A stretch of 64,000 nucleotides of DNA from Paraspadella gotoi (lineage: Eukaryota; Animalia; Chaetognatha). The DNA is taken from assembly GCA_051294375.1 (NCBI GenBank), contig CM119270.1, forward strand, positions 9,059,986 through 9,123,985, read 5' to 3'. The notes under the pieces were generated by a model. That model did not search any database, had not been told where the DNA came from, and worked only from the letters and a program-made list of their open reading frames with translations. Position 1 is the first letter of the stretch; each line of letters opens with the position of its first letter. Shown here in pieces: positions 1 to 14,205 of the stretch. The position numbers and the translations under genes were made by a program.

Positions 1-2540
1 GAGGCAGAGAAAAAGTTTTTCGCGTAAAATCTAACAATTAGGAGTCGCGCAATGGGAGGCAAGAGTGGGCGCAATGATGGGCAAAAATATTGTGAGAAAG
101 GAAAGTGAACGTCGTGACTGTGAAAGCGTCAGGCGGACTGTACGTGTGGAGAGACTAGAAAGTAGAGCGGAGCCGAGTCTATGTTGGTTCTCTTGGTACA
201 ATGTTGAGAGAAGCATTCTGCTCAAGAGAGGGTTCACTGATGAGTGTGGACTGTGGAGGTAGGGGGTTAGGTTTTTAGGGGTTGTGGGAGTTGAAATGAA
301 TTGAAGGGGGAGAGGGATGAGGGAAACTCTGAGTCTGTCCTGATCGCGTCGTCTGAAAGAGAAATGAAGGACCATTAGACTCCAAAAGAAGGAAAATGGC
401 TCAGCGTGGAAAACCCTTAGACGAACCAGCGTTTAAAGAGGACCCAGTTTTCAATGGGCGCGCAGAGAAATGGCTCTTTTACGCCAAGAAGAGTAAATTT
501 AAATTGGCGCGTAAACTAATTACCTCATCAGAACTGAGAAAGGCAATCGGAGATTTTGATAATTAATTCGGTGTTCCTGGGTGTATGAATGGATGAAAAA
601 GCTTTAAATCGTTTTGCATAAATAAATCGTGGATAAGAGAAATACTTAAGAAAAAGATGCTGTAACCCCCTCGGCCTTCACTTAAAAAAAAAAAAAGCAA
701 CCTCAATGACCAGTCAAAGTGCTGACAGTCAAAATGAAAGGAGTAATGACTTTTCCAAAAAAATTTTTGCCCACCTATTCTGGTCTGACTTGGACAAGGA
801 GTGTCTGATCTCCGGCTCCAGAAGCACCGGATCCGGCAGAAAAGCTTTCACTCTTTCGTAGTCGTCGTCGTCTTCGTCTTCATGGGCGTCCCCGGGTCCG
901 TGCCTCATCTGTATGCCCCAAGCGAAGACCGTGATCTTTTTATCCTACGAGTTCCCCCCCCTTTCGCCCCTCCTCCGCTCGGAGGGAAGGAGAGAGGAAT
1001 CGCTTCCCCTTCACGTAGTTAAGCCTCTGACTAATGCGATGAAATAACTCGGTTTCAATCGGCGTCGATCAAAAGACGATTGAATGGATTTATTGCGGGT
1101 AATGAGCCAAAATTCTTTTTTTTTTTTTTTTTTTTGATCACTGTAAATACGGTAAAGCATGTAAATTGAAATTTTCTTGACGATTGTCTATTCTATTTCC
1201 CAAAAGTCTAAACCAAATATATTTTTAAAAAATATGTCGCACGCCCGGTTAAATCTGAAACTTTCAACCTCCAAAATGCTCTTTTCCAAATCGAAAAAAA
1301 AAAAATGGGAAAAATTTTAAACCGATTAGGATGAAATTGGATAAACGCCCACAATTCCACAAAAATTTCGAAATGCGAAAAAAAAGGAAATAGTTTCACA
1401 AAACCTGTAGAAAAAAAAAACACCTAAAGTCAAGAAAACAAGAAATTTCGTGATTTGTTGTGTTTCTTGAAGCGCAAGTTAAATCTAAAACAACTTGATT
1501 TAAATCCACGTCACTTCTCAAACGATAAAAAGAGAGAGAAACCACGAACCCAGGATCCCAACCTCCCAAACTACAACGACAACAACAACCGACAGGATCT
1601 GCGGTTCGATTCGGACCGGATGAGCAGCGACGCGGAAAGAGAAAGGGTGGTGGGTGGGAAGTAGGGAGTGAGGGGTGGTGTTTATTGGCGGGTGGTCTTG
1701 TGGAAATAAATTCGGGCCGAAGAGATAGAGCGAAAACTGAAAAACATTGTTCTGCTGGCGAAAAAACCATTGAGAAATTGATTTTGTATTTCAACTTTCT
1801 ACATAAAACGATTTGCCCTGTTTGCCTTCGCCTTGTAAAACATGATCTTTATCTTTGTTGGTTTAGGACAGAAGTTGTCGATAATCGGACAGAGCTGCGA
1901 CAAGAATGTAGTATGTTTAAATATATCTAACGCAGTGACAAGTGAATCATAGAAATGAACAGAAATATGTCCAAATAAGGAAGTATAAGTCCAATTGAAG
2001 GCCCAAAGGGGTTAATCACAGAGAGGGCTCGCTCGGGAGAATAAGAATGAAGTGAAGGGACGAATTTTAACCTGGAGTCGCAAGCAGAATTAACATGACA
2101 GTGGCACCACAATTTAAATCTAGAGAATCGAATAGAACGAGGAGTGTGGTATACACGCTCGGAGCCACTGTCGTTGGTGTTTTTGGCCTCAAAATTACCC
2201 CTTTTACCCGTTCACCCCTTTTTACCCGCGGAACCATGAACGGACCGGGGGTAAAATCGCGTGACGAGTCCCTTTTCGAAAAACACATTGCGTCCCATTA
2301 ACTTGGGGATCCCCTAACCCTGTGAGGACGTTGGAATTGGGTAGAAAGGAGAGGAGGAGGAGGAGGTGAAGGAGGAGTGGGCGGTAGCCAGTGTGAAATT
2401 GTGAGAGGGTTAGAACGACAACGTCAATGGTATGACTGGCTAGAGGCGATTATTACAAGACAGATATAGAAAGAATCGAGTCTATAAGCCATAAAGAAAA
2501 TGGAAACTAGAAAACTTTTTATAGTTAGCAATTAATGAAG

Positions 2541-2695
2541 AGTTAGCGATAGAACCATTCAACATAAGGAGTGCCGGAACTTTGCATCAGCCAGTAACCA
2601 CGGACCTTTGGGTTCGGAGGTGAATCACTTGCCTCCTGCACCAATGGCGGCTGATGAACGGTTGGTGGATTTTTGTCCACCAAACTAATATGGTT
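2541..2695 (-). mobile_element. Internally deleted copy of the tRNA-like SINE family at 53335-53541
   Basis: The reverse complement matches 53335-53541 (GGACCTTTGGGTTxGGAGGxGAATxACTTGCCTCCxGCACCAATGGCxGCTGATGAACGGTTGG; GTTAGxGATAGAACCxTTCAA). Confidence 0.55.
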
Positions 2696-2958
2696 TATAA
2701 TTAGTCCATAAAGGATCAGCGTTTAAAGAAACGACGCGATGCTCTGGAAAAAGCTTTCCCGGTTATGGGAGACGCACTCGGTTCTATGCGATGAATGACT
2801 TTTTCGCTGCTTAACGAGTTTCCTTCACAAAATGGCAACGATAGAGGAAAAAGAAAGAACAAAAGAAAATAAGTGAGGGAGGGAAAATTGTTTCTTTTTT
2901 TTCGTAACAATTTATATGTTTTAGGAAAAGAAAAACAAATTGAAATAAAATATTTTGG

Positions 2959-3015
<57 letters not shown>

Positions 3016-3399
3016 AAGACCCATGTTTCGGTTTGATGGAGGCCAAATACGTGAGCAGTTTCTCGAAGTAATGAGTTAGTGAACGAAAAAAAAAGTCAAA
3101 ATGGATTTTTGAAAAGTATGAATTAAAAAAAAATCAAACAAAATGAAAAAAAATGATAAAAACAGAAAATAAAATTAAAAAAAGATAATAATATGTGATT
3201 TTGAATTTCGAGGTTTTTATTCGTTTTCTTGATTTATTTTTCATTTGTCTTTGTCTTTGACTTTTCCCTCTTTTCCTCCCCAACGTAACTTGTTCCAAAA
3301 TGTCGTCGTTGTTGTTCTCGTCCTCCACGATTTGTCTTCGTTATCGTCGTCGTTGACTATTTTTAAATATTCTGTTTTCAATCTCTTGAACAAGATTCA

Positions 3400-3612
3400 A
3401 TCATGTTGCTATCTTCTTTCCAATTTTCCTCTCTTCCTTCCCTTCTCCTTCCCCCTCCCAAACACTTTAATATTATTATCTCTTTCCTCTTTCCTTCCCT
3501 TCTCCTTCCCCCTCCAAACTCCTCTTTAATATTATTATCTCTTTCCTCTTTCTTCCCTTTCTTCCCTTCTCCTTCCCTCTCCCAAACACTTTAATATTAT
3601 TATCTCTTCCCT
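3400..3612. repeat. Pyrimidine-rich ~60-bp tandem repeat (about 3 copies) ending at the calexcitin acceptor
   Basis: Repeated CCCTTCTCCTTCCCCCTCCCAAACACTTTAATATTATTATCTCTTTCCTCT units. Confidence 0.8.
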
Positions 3613-3620
3613 TTCCACAG

Positions 3621-5341
3621 GACGGTCACGTGACTTTCGGGGAGTGGGTGGCGATGTGGGAGGAGTTTGGCGGCGAGGGACTCGCAGGTCAACAACCTTA
3701 AATGAATTATCTTCAATTTAGATCTTTCAATTTTGATAAATAGTTAACATGAAATTATTCTTAAATTAGATTTTCAATTTTGATAAATAGTTACATGAAA
3801 TTATCTTAAATTTAGATCTTTCAATTTTGATAAATAGTTAACATGAAATTATCTTAAATTTAGATTTTCAATTTTGATAAATAGTTAACATGAAATTATC
3901 TTAAATTTAGATCTTTGAATTTTGATAAATAGTTAACATGAAATTATCTTAAATTTAGATCTTTCATATTTTGATAAATAGTTAACATGAAATTATCTTA
4001 AATTTAGATCTTTGATTTTGATAAATAGTTAACATGAAATTATCTTAAATTTAGATCTTTCAATTTTGATAAATAGTTAACATGAAATTATCTTAAATTT
4101 AGATCTTTCAATTTTGAATAAATAGTTAACATGAAATTATCTTAAATTTATATCTTTGAGTTTTGATAAATAGTTAACAATAAATTTTCTGTAAAAATGA
4201 GATAAATTATCATTTGCCGTGTCAGGTACAGAATGCCCTAGCGAAAAAGTCACCGGACTGAATAAAGCAATAATTGCAAATATTTCAAACACCAGCGTGA
4301 ATAAGGAAATAATTATAAATAATCTAAACACCAGAGTGGCAAACGCGTTACATGGATCTCATGTTCAGCGTCAATGACAAAAGTGGAGACGGGATTATTG
4401 ACGTCGACGAATACACGCAGGTTCGTTTAGAAACATGTATGTATAAATTATTTATTCAAACACATTTAGAATAAAATTAATTAAGGAATTATTTTTTATT
4501 TATAATTTTTCTTTGGTATTTTTGTATTTTTTGTATTATTTTGTATTTTTTTGTATTTTTTTGTTTTTTTCTTTGTATTTTTTTGTATTTTTGTTTTTTT
4601 TGTATTTTTTTCTTGTTTTTTTTGTATTTTTGTTTTTCTATGTTTCTTATTTTCTATTTTTCTATTTTTTAATTTTTCTATTTTTTAATTTTTTAATTTT
4701 TTAATTTTTTAATTTTTCTTTTTTTCCTATTTTTTAAATTTTTCTATTTTTCTTTTTTTCCTGTATTTAGTGGAACCACAAATATATTATTAATATATAT
4801 ATACTTTTACTCTTAAGGTCTACTCAAACTATGGGATTTCAACACAAGACTGCCACCAATCTTACGCCAAGTTCTCTGCGGTAAACGAGAGAGAGAATGA
4901 GAAGGAGCAAAGAGAGAGAGAGAGATAGAGAGAAAAAACGTGAGAAAAGAAAGAGAATTGAAATGGTGTTATATAAAGATTCATCTTTCTACCTTTTGAA
5001 TCATGATGGTATGGCATCCGATTTATTTAAAACGGTTTAATGTGAAATAAAAAATTTTTAAACCCATTTTATGAAAATTTTAGAAACAATCTTAGTTATT
5101 TTCATTTTAAATTTTCTGTTAAATATTAAAAGTTTATGCGATTGGTTGATACCTTGTTTAATATCTAGTCTGTTTAACTTCTTACGTAATAGTAAATGAC
5201 ATTTCTCAATAAGTTTTCTCTTAATATGCACCCGTTTTGAAAACACGTCGTCTTGATGTCCTTAAGTGATTTTTCCAGACTTCGAAAATTATTCCCTTTG
5301 ACGAAAATCTTCCTAATTTCCTTTGATTCTTCCCTCCATTA

Positions 5342-5386
<45 letters not shown>

Positions 5387-8242
5387 TCTCTCTCTCTCTC
5401 TTTCTCTCAGTCGTTCCGGAAACTAATGAAATGGGATGGAACGAAAATCAATTTAACCTGAATTAAAGTGAAATTATAATCGTTATTTGAACAAAAGGAC
5501 AATCTAAGTCAGAGGGAAAAAATTCCTTGGTTTAACGTTTGAATTAAAAAAACAAAATCTTTAAAAAAGGAAACATCCCACGTTCGCCTCCTGGTGAGAG
5601 GAAATTTAAAATGGCGTCAAATGGTTTCTTTCGTTTCCTTCAACATTTTTTTTCCTCCTCATAGTTTCCTTTTCTTCGCTCAGTATTTTTTCTTTTCTTT
5701 TTCACGTCTTCATTCACTCCGTTCTCTCTCTCTATCTTTTTTTATCTATCTCTCTTATACAAATATTTAACTATATGTATCTCGAACTCTCGAACTTATT
5801 CATTTCTCTCTTCTTCCGCTCATCTCAGTTTTCCTCCTCATCCTATTCCTCTGGTTTAATGGTCGACTTTCCTCCCTCTCCCTTTTAGTTTTTTTTTTCT
5901 CCCTCTGAGTTTTATCTTTATTGTTCTTGTAATTTCTTTTGTCTTTACGAAAAGCCCGTCTGTATCATTAAATGATTAATGTATTTGATAAAGTAATTTC
6001 AAAACTTGAAAAGGCCACAAAATTATATAAAGATACAAAAATAAAAAAGATACAAAAATGAAATAAAGAATTGGTAACTAAATTAAATTCATAATTAAAC
6101 TACATTGCTCCACAAGTGTTTCCTCCCATCAATCCTAATTCTCCACTTTGGCATCCTTCTCGGCTTCTTCCACCATTTCGCCAATCTACTAATATTCATT
6201 TCTTCACCTTTTCTCATTCCAACCTATCCTTCCTCCTTCCACAATTTCCCACACCCCACTATCCTTCCTCCTTCCATAATTTCCCACACCCCACTATCCT
6301 TCCTCCTTCCACAATTTCCCACACCCCACTATCTTTTCTCATCTTTTTTATGTCTTTTTTTCCTCCTTTCTTTACGAAGGGAAATGGGGGAAGAGCGCCC
6401 TCGTTTGTATGCGCCGCCTCTCGGAACAAAGACTCCGACGTTGAGGACAAAGATTTCAAAAAGAAGCGGAAAAAAAAATTGGAATGAAATATCCGAATGA
6501 AGAGAAAGATAAAGACAGAATGAGCAGCGAGTCAAGCGAGAAATGAGACAAATACAACATGTTTTTTTTTTGAGTGTGTGTTCGTTCTCTGATAATCTGG
6601 TTACGCATACGTATTCCCAGAAAATGAGGCAAAAATACTACAAATTCGTCTCGTTGTTAAAGAGTTGAGTCTAGGCGCTTTTTTCTGTGAATTGTTATCC
6701 TTTCATAAAAAGCAAGTATGTAAATATTTTATAAATTAAGCCCAAGTTACTAGATTGACTAAAATGAGTATATAAAGTAAGAATGCAAAATTCGTTCAGA
6801 CGATTTAAAGTAACTTTAAATGAAAGAAAAAGACGACCAAAGAGAATCAAGAAGGCGAAACAGAGCGAGAGAAGAGAGTCACTGATTTCGTCGTGTTTCT
6901 TGGGGGAGAAAAAAGCGGATAAAAGAAGATTAAAACAAGAAACAGGTTCCCTCTAGAAGAAACAGTTACGGATTCCTTTTTTCCTTGGATTTCTTTCTTT
7001 TTTTTGTACTTTATTTTTGTTTTCTTTGGTTGTCTTTTAGTCTTTTAGTTTTACATAGACTAAAAATTTAGCTCTTTTCATTCTTCATGACAGACGAGAA
7101 CGACCTGAAATCTTGACGAGAGAGAGAGAGGAGGGGAGAGGAGAGTGCGAGAGAGTGAGACCAGAGAAGAGAGAGGAGGGGAGAGGAGAGTGCGAGAGAG
7201 TGAGACAGAGAGAGAGAGAGAGGGGAGAGGAGAGTGCGAGAGAGAGAGACAGAGAGAGAGGAGGGGAGAGGAGAGTGCGAGAGAGTGAGACAGAGAGAGA
7301 GGAGGGGAGAGGAGAGTGCGAGAGAGTGAGACAGAGAGAGAGGAGGAGGGGAGAGGAGGTGCGAGAGAGTGAGACAGAGAGAGAGAGGAGGGGAGAGGAG
7401 AGTGCGAGAGAATGATACAGAGAGAGAGAGGAGGGGAGAGGAGAGTGCGAGAGAGTGGGACAGAGAGAGAGATCGATTATCTCCATTAGTAAGACCAGAT
7501 CACTTCGGCGAACAACAAGAAATCGTCGAGTCTAAACCAGACATGAATTTTAGATAAAAAAACCCAAAAAATCCCGACCAGATTTCAGATGCCATATGCC
7601 ATCTGCCATCCACAAAGAATTTAACACCACCTTCACTAATAGCGAAAATAGGAACGTTTCAGAGAAATAACAAAAGAAGAAATGTTATATGTTATATATA
7701 TATGTTATAAGCAAGATATAATAATTATCTCGTCAGTGGAAAAAAATAAAAAGGGAAAATGTATACGTACTGTATATTAAAGTTTCTAAGGAAGCTAAGG
7801 TACAAAAAGTGAAGGTGAGGTATGTGAGGTATGGTATGTTCGTCAGTCGAAAACCTTGTGTTATATATGTTGCTTAAAAAGCAGAATTAAATCCCTCTTA
7901 AATTCAAGTAAAGAAATAAGTATCATTATTTAAAAACGGGAAAATAATTCAAAAAATTACAAATATAAAAATAGTCAAATTAAATAAAAAATGAATATAA
8001 AAAATAATAAAATATTAAAAAAAAATTAACAACGAAATAAAAAGATAAATAAAGTTTCAATTCCATTATTTTGCAGCCAAAGCTTTTTATCTTTTGTCAG
8101 TTCTAAGACGCCCCCAGGCGGCGACGGCTCCATCAATATCAATTATTTCCTAGAAAACACTGGCGCGATTAAATTCTGATGGAAAGGTTCGTCGATCAAT
8201 CCCTGGGGGCTGCTAGATTTTTTTGCCTATGCCATCTTTCTC

Positions 8243-8325
<83 letters not shown>

Positions 8326-9338
8326 ATCCTCTACTTATTTCAACCTTGATTTTATTCCATGTTCCTTTGGCCGACCTTCAATCACTCCCCGCATTCCTTC
8401 TCCTCTCCCTTCCCCGAGCTCTTCTCTTCCTTCCTGTCTTTCCTCAGCAAGAGTCCCACCTCCTCTCAAGGGTGACCTCTCTGGAGACAGAAAGAATTAG
8501 AGCATTGAGCCCCCCCTCCTCCTCCTCCTCCCCTTTTTTTCTTACGTTTCGCTTTTCGAGATTCGATTATCGGAATTGGCGGAAGCGGCGGCGAAATTAA
8601 GGGGAAGTCGGGAGAGGAGAGGAGAGGATCTCGATTACCGGATGTTGTGGAGAGCGATTGGAGCTGAATTTAAGACTTGAGAAGAATGGAAAAGAACAGA
8701 GAGAGAAGAAAGAGAAGAAAGGAGAAAGTTTTCTAGGGTAAAAGTGGAGAAAGTAGTGTAAAGAGAAGATAGAATAAAAGAAGCGCTTGTGGAAAGGAAG
8801 GAGCAGGAAATCGGAAAGCAGAAGGAAAAAAAGGTTTTCAATGTGAAAAAAAGAGGAATAAATGAATAAGAGAAGGTCAAATAAGGGCGAAGTGGGTCAT
8901 GTAGCTTTTAAATAAAGAAAGGAGGAAAGGAAAGAAAAAGACCTCGAAGGAAGATCCAGGATTATGTATGAATAATTGAAGTCAGAAATGAAAAGCGATG
9001 AGATCGGCCGAAAAGAAAAGAATGGACAAAGATTAAAAAAAAATTATTTATTAGTTAAGGTTTAAAATATTATTGAATAAAAGGACTGAGTATATTTGAA
9101 AGAAAATTAAATCTTTCGAACAAAACCAAAGTAACTTCAACATATCCAAGTCTTTGAATGATCAATTAATATAAACAATAAAATCGTAATCGTAATATAA
9201 TACGATTTTTCATCTTCGCAACCATTTTAGGCTGGACCCGTCGACCGCAAGCGATTCTCAGAACTTTGGACGCAATACTTCACCAGCAGCGATCCTAGCG
9301 ACGCGGGAAACTTCCTCTTCGGACCCATCCGGGCCTGA
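3621..9338 (+). CDS. Calexcitin / sarcoplasmic calcium-binding protein family EF-hand gene, 3' four exons (5' exons not found in window)
   Basis: GT-AG exons 3621-3687, 4335-4420, 4818-4880 and 9231-9338 join in phase (1,0,0) to give DGHVTFGEWVAMWEEFGGEGLA-EWQTRYMDLMFSVNDKSGDGIIDVDEYTQ-VYSNYGISTQDCHQSYAKFSA-AGPVDRKRFSELWTQYFTSSDPSDAGNFLFGPIRA*. It has a canonical EF loop DKSGDGIIDVDE and the C-terminal LWxxYFxSxD...GNxLFG signature of calexcitin (recalled from squid calexcitin). Confidence 0.9.
3700..4180. repeat. 48-bp AT-rich minisatellite, about 10 copies (intronic)
   Basis: Unit GATAAATAGTTAACATGAAATTATCTTAAATTTAGATCTTTCAATTTT repeated head to tail. Confidence 0.95.
7115..7470. repeat. 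GA-rich ~40-bp minisatellite
   Basis: Repeated GAGGAGGGGAGAGGAGAGTGCGAGAGAGTGAGACAGAGAGA units. Confidence 0.9.
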
Positions 9339-9388
<50 letters not shown>

Positions 9389-10719
9389 GAGCTACTTTCT
9401 GCAGAAAAAAATAATCAATCCTAACTTTTTTTATATTACTTTAATATGCTTTTTCATTGCGATTCATCATCTTAATGACGCCTTTTTTTCGCATATCTAT
9501 TATCCTTAGAATTCTAGTTTTTCCTGCGGAATAGCTTTGGAGAAAAGACGAAAGTAGAATTTAAAGGCTTTCAAAACTTCCGAATAGGGAGATTTTATTT
9601 AAAATGCAATATTTTAAATTTTTTATTAAAAACACGTATATATTCTCGTTCATTTTATTATTTACAAATAAAATCGTCACTGCCTTTTATTAGTAAACTT
9701 TTATAGTTCATGAGTAAAAATAAAAGATTTTTCAAAAAAGGAGAAAGTAATATTTTAAAAGATTTTTCTCTAATAAATTTAAAACAAAATATCTTCTCTC
9801 AATAATGTTTGAAAAGTAAGATCACCGTTTAAATTTAAATAATATTAATTGTTCACCATTTTTTGTCTACAAATTAGCGCCCCGGTCTTTCCCAATACTT
9901 CTAAATCTTTAACAATGCATGTTTTTTTCATTATTTCCTCAGTTTGATATTCTAGATAATTATTGATGAATTTGTATTTACACTACTATTGATTTAACTT
10001 TACTCAACATTTAATTAAGTTTATGTGGAATTTGGTAGATCAAGTTTTCCTATCATATAATTTTTTTAAAGAAGCTGCTAAGTCAATTTTAAAAATAGTT
10101 TTTTATTTATATGTTTAAATATTACCCAATAATACATTAAGATAAAAAAAAAACAATAATTATTCGTAATAGAAATTAATATTTTTAACATCGTGCCGTA
10201 TTTTTTTCATAGATATAATTTTTTTTTCCAATTACAAATCGCCTGTATCCTTAAAAATGGATCCTGAACCATTTAGAATCTAGGACATTATTTTGTGTTA
10301 GTGACAGAACCGTAAATTGTAAATTGTAAATTGTTTATTTTTTTAAAGTAAAATATCTTTTCAAAAATGTTTGAAAAGAAAACGTTTTTTCTTAATTCTT
10401 TTGATTAACAAAGAAATAAATTTATTACAAGTTTTGATACGTTTTTGAAGGGTAGAGGCGTTTAAATAGGTATAATAATCTAATTTATACGTAATACTCT
10501 TTCTCTCCGCTATGTTGTAACTTCTTCTTGTTTATTTATATCATAACTCAAATAATTTTGTATCTTTTTGGGGCCATGTGAGTAATTATAATTCTAAAAT
10601 GACCATTCAACCCGGCGTTGATTTGAATCTAGATCCAAAAAGCCAGTTCCAAAACCGTCGTTTAACGACGCAGCTACAAAATGTTAAAATTTAAACGTGA
10701 AAATAACATTTAAAACTTA

Positions 10720-11276
10720 AGAAACGGCGACAAGACGTTCAAAGATGCGATCCCCGGGCGCGGTGTAGAAACGATCTCGGTCGACCGCATCAAACAGGGG
10801 GTCCAGGCCCCTGACCTGCCGCCGCTGACGCCGCGTGGTCGACCACCCAAGCGACCCCCGCCCGTACATCCGCCCCCACCGGCGACGCCCGCTATCATCC
10901 CAACCATGCGGCGTCAAACAAATCAAGTACCAGGCCTCCTCAACATCCATCTAACGAAGTTACAACCACCAGACAATAATGAGGACAATCAATAACTCTC
11001 AGCCTTTTCCCCCTAATCGAAGTCTGGTGGGGGGATGTGTGGTCACAACAACACGCGGCCTTAGCAAATCTTTAATCTGATCAATCTTTCACTCGATCGC
11101 CGACCAGTCACCACGGTCATAAGTGACTCTCTCCCGGCTGTCCTCAGCTGGCTCCTTGTTAAGTTATTGTCTTCCGTTTTAGACTAAGCATTTTCACTTG
11201 TTGATTTTAGTATTCAAGGTTGGAGAATGAATCATTCTCGATCTGAACTCAGTCCCGTTTACTTGCCCCGTTTGCA
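10720..11276 (+). mobile_element. 3'-terminal fragment of a second Ty3/Gypsy element: integrase C-terminus, PPT and probable 3' LTR
   Basis: Frame reads RNGDKTFKDAIPGRGVETISVDRIKQGVQAPDLPPLTPRGRPPKRPP, resembling the Gypsy integrase tail (DKTF...ETVSIDRLKP). Purine tract GGTGGGGGGA at 11026-11035 is followed directly by TG at 11036. The LTR right end is uncertain. Confidence 0.6.
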
Positions 11277-12728
11277 TTTAATTGATAATAAAATCTTCCC
11301 TAATAAAAAAGAGTTCTGAATTAAAGATTAGCATTTTGTTCATGTCATGGGCAAGATAGCTTATTTATGAAATGAATGGATAATCTTTCTATTGGTTCTA
11401 ACAATTTCATAAAACAATTTTTTTTTACCTTTTCTTTTTTTTCAGTTCGTGTTTTCAACATTTTCAGGTAACCCTGCCCCCAATGGCTAACAGTTTTGGG
11501 ATAACTTATGGGAAGAATGTCGCCATATTTGAACCTCGCCTAAAAAATCTAACCACGAAAACTAAAATGCGCGAAACTTTGTTTTGCTGCTAGTTTTCAC
11601 AAATTCAATATAGTTCACGTTTATAACTTTATACTGTTGCTTAGGATAAATAAATAACTTTCGCTTTTCTCGCAAAAATCGTGACTTTTGTTTTAGCGTG
11701 CCTTTGCCTTGTAGGTCTCGTGAGACATCTGGTAACGTTGATTTTCATTTCCACAATAAAAGATAAAAAATTTAAACTTCAAAAAGGATGCGGTTTAAAA
11801 GAAAAATTCGTACTTAGTATTGAAGTATACAAGGAAATCCTAAAAGAAAACTTTTCGAATTTTGATAATCTCATCACATTATTAAATAAGCATTTCAGAA
11901 TTGACACATGACAGCTTTCGCCCTCAATTCAATTAGTTTTATAATTTATATTTTTAGTAAGATAAAAAAATATCTATATATCTTTAAACATTTATACTTA
12001 ATTTACACAATTAAATACATCAATTTTTCCTGTTTTGAATGCATGAAAAACGGATATCGTACGCCTTGAACGAAACAATCCTGAAAGTCTGTCGGATCCT
12101 CAACTTCTTCCTCATCAGTGCCTCACTTTCTTAACTCATTTTAATTCACTTTACAATAAACAATTTTTTTTATCATTATTCATTCGTTTATTCAGATTTT
12201 GGTTTGACTTTTCAAAAACCTACAATTACAGCGAACGATTCAAAACCTGTCAAGCTTAAGTACAAAATTCCAGTCAAGCATAGCTCGATACAGTTCGATT
12301 AGCAAGAACATGTTTTCCTCGATTTCTCGTCAATTTCCTGATCTTTGTACTATGTTAAAAACATTTTTATGCACGAGTATAAGAATAAAAAAATGACAAC
12401 GTTATTTGTTATCCCAGCAAGTGTTTTAAAATAAATTTTATTTTGAATTATTTGACGAACTCTTACTTTGGTTTTTCTCAATACTTCTATGAAGACGAAG
12501 TTTTCCCAGGCCCCCCGTATCCTCGCCAAAGTAGCGTTTATTTTGACACCCGAGCAATAAAAACCGCTTTTCATGATGAATCGCTCAAAATATTTTGGAA
12601 TGAAAAAAACATCTTTTTCCTTGTATTTTTTTTCCCTTGATGTTATAGTATTTTTTCGTCCTTGTGCTGTTTTTCCCAAAATTACGATTTTTCTATAGAA
12701 ATCTAAAATTGTGGTAAACAAATTCAAA

Positions 12729-12835
<107 letters not shown>

Positions 12836-13328
12836 ACACAAGCAGACCCTCAGAAGAATACACACGCTCAGATTGCGCACATTTGCGGCATAAAAACGCA
12901 GCCTCTTTGTGTTTCCGGCTTTAGTCCTTGCAACGCGTCAAGCCAACGCGTCAGTACCAAAATAAATCTTTTCCTCCAAAAAGGAAAAAAAAAGTTTTTT
13001 TAGTGGGAATTTTCCGCTCGAAGGAATTAAGCCTGGTCAAAAGAGCCTCGAAACACTTCGATAAACCAAAGCGGTTTGACGCTTGGTCATAGTAATGAGT
13101 TTTGTGCGCTTTTTTATACCTTTAATTTCATTGTTTAATTATTCAACTACATTATCAAGCTTTACTCTTGGGAAAAACCAGCCGTTTTTATATTTATTGA
13201 CCCCTTTGACCCAGTAAAAATTTTAACCGAGAATTACAGGTGGTCGAACCGAAGTGAACGAGTGTCATGAGCAGCAGAAACCAGATTAACAGAAACAAAA
13301 CAAGATAGAAAGAGAACTACTACAGCTA

Positions 13329-13887
13329 CTATCTAGGAAAAAAGTATATAACATAATTCATTTATTCAATAAAAAGTATACAAAACATGGGTAAAACATT
13401 CTCAATATTTGGTATCCCCTTCCTCGGAATTTATCTGGGTATGCTCTCATACAACAAATTGAGGTATGAAAGTTAAATATTTTTCCACATCTTTAACGCA
13501 ATTCTTTTCAGCCTTGATGTTGATGTTGAGCATCTTTCCCTATTTTCTGAGAGCTATAATAATATTTTTTTTTAACCAAAAATAGGTGCAAGGCCTTTAG
13601 CATTACCAAATAAAAAAAAAAATAACTAACTTTATTCGAAATAAAAACAAATAGCTAAATACCAAAAATGCTGGAAAACTAAATATGATTTTTTTCGACA
13701 TTTTTCATTGGAACTAATAATATTTTTTGCCTCTAACTTCTAAACGATTTGACCTATAAAAAAAAGAAAGCTACTGAAAGGAATTTCAATGTAGATTTGG
13801 AAACATTCTAATTTTTCAAATCAAATCAAACAAGTTTTCGAGTAGATATCCTTTATTAAAAATGTCATATACTTTTTTCCTAGATAG
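13329..13887. mobile_element. MITE with CTATCTAGGAAAAAAGT terminal inverted repeats and TA target duplication (Tc1/mariner-type)
   Basis: TA-CTATCTAGGAAAAAAGTAT ... ATACTTTTTTCCTAGATAG-TA. Related copies at 34408-34932 and 63365-63973. Confidence 0.85.
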
Positions 13888-14130
13888 TAGGTCGACCAAG
13901 TCCGGTCGTAAGTAAGTTAGTTATTAATAGGTTACTTGTTAGTTACTTATCAGTTACTTATCCGCTTACTTATCGGTTTTAAGTCTCAAGGGACGACGTG
14001 AAAGATCTTAAGCGATCGAATCTCTCGTGATCGATGAAGTTGTGAAACCAGTAGTCCTTTTTAAGCCTAAAGAAAAAAAGAGTAACCTTCCATTTGGGGG
14101 AGACTTTACTTGGGGGAAATAGAGGAAGAG

Positions 14131-14205
<75 letters not shown>

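Noticed and set aside
2585-2690. CTGATGA with flanking stems suggesting a ribozyme
   Set aside because: There is no correctly placed GAAA or stem II; the segment is better explained as the antisense of a tRNA-like SINE.
1-3400. Upstream calexcitin exons or other genes (ORFs 31-375, 801-1022, 1455-1664)
   Set aside because: None encodes the expected N-terminal EF-hand sequence or any motif I recognise.
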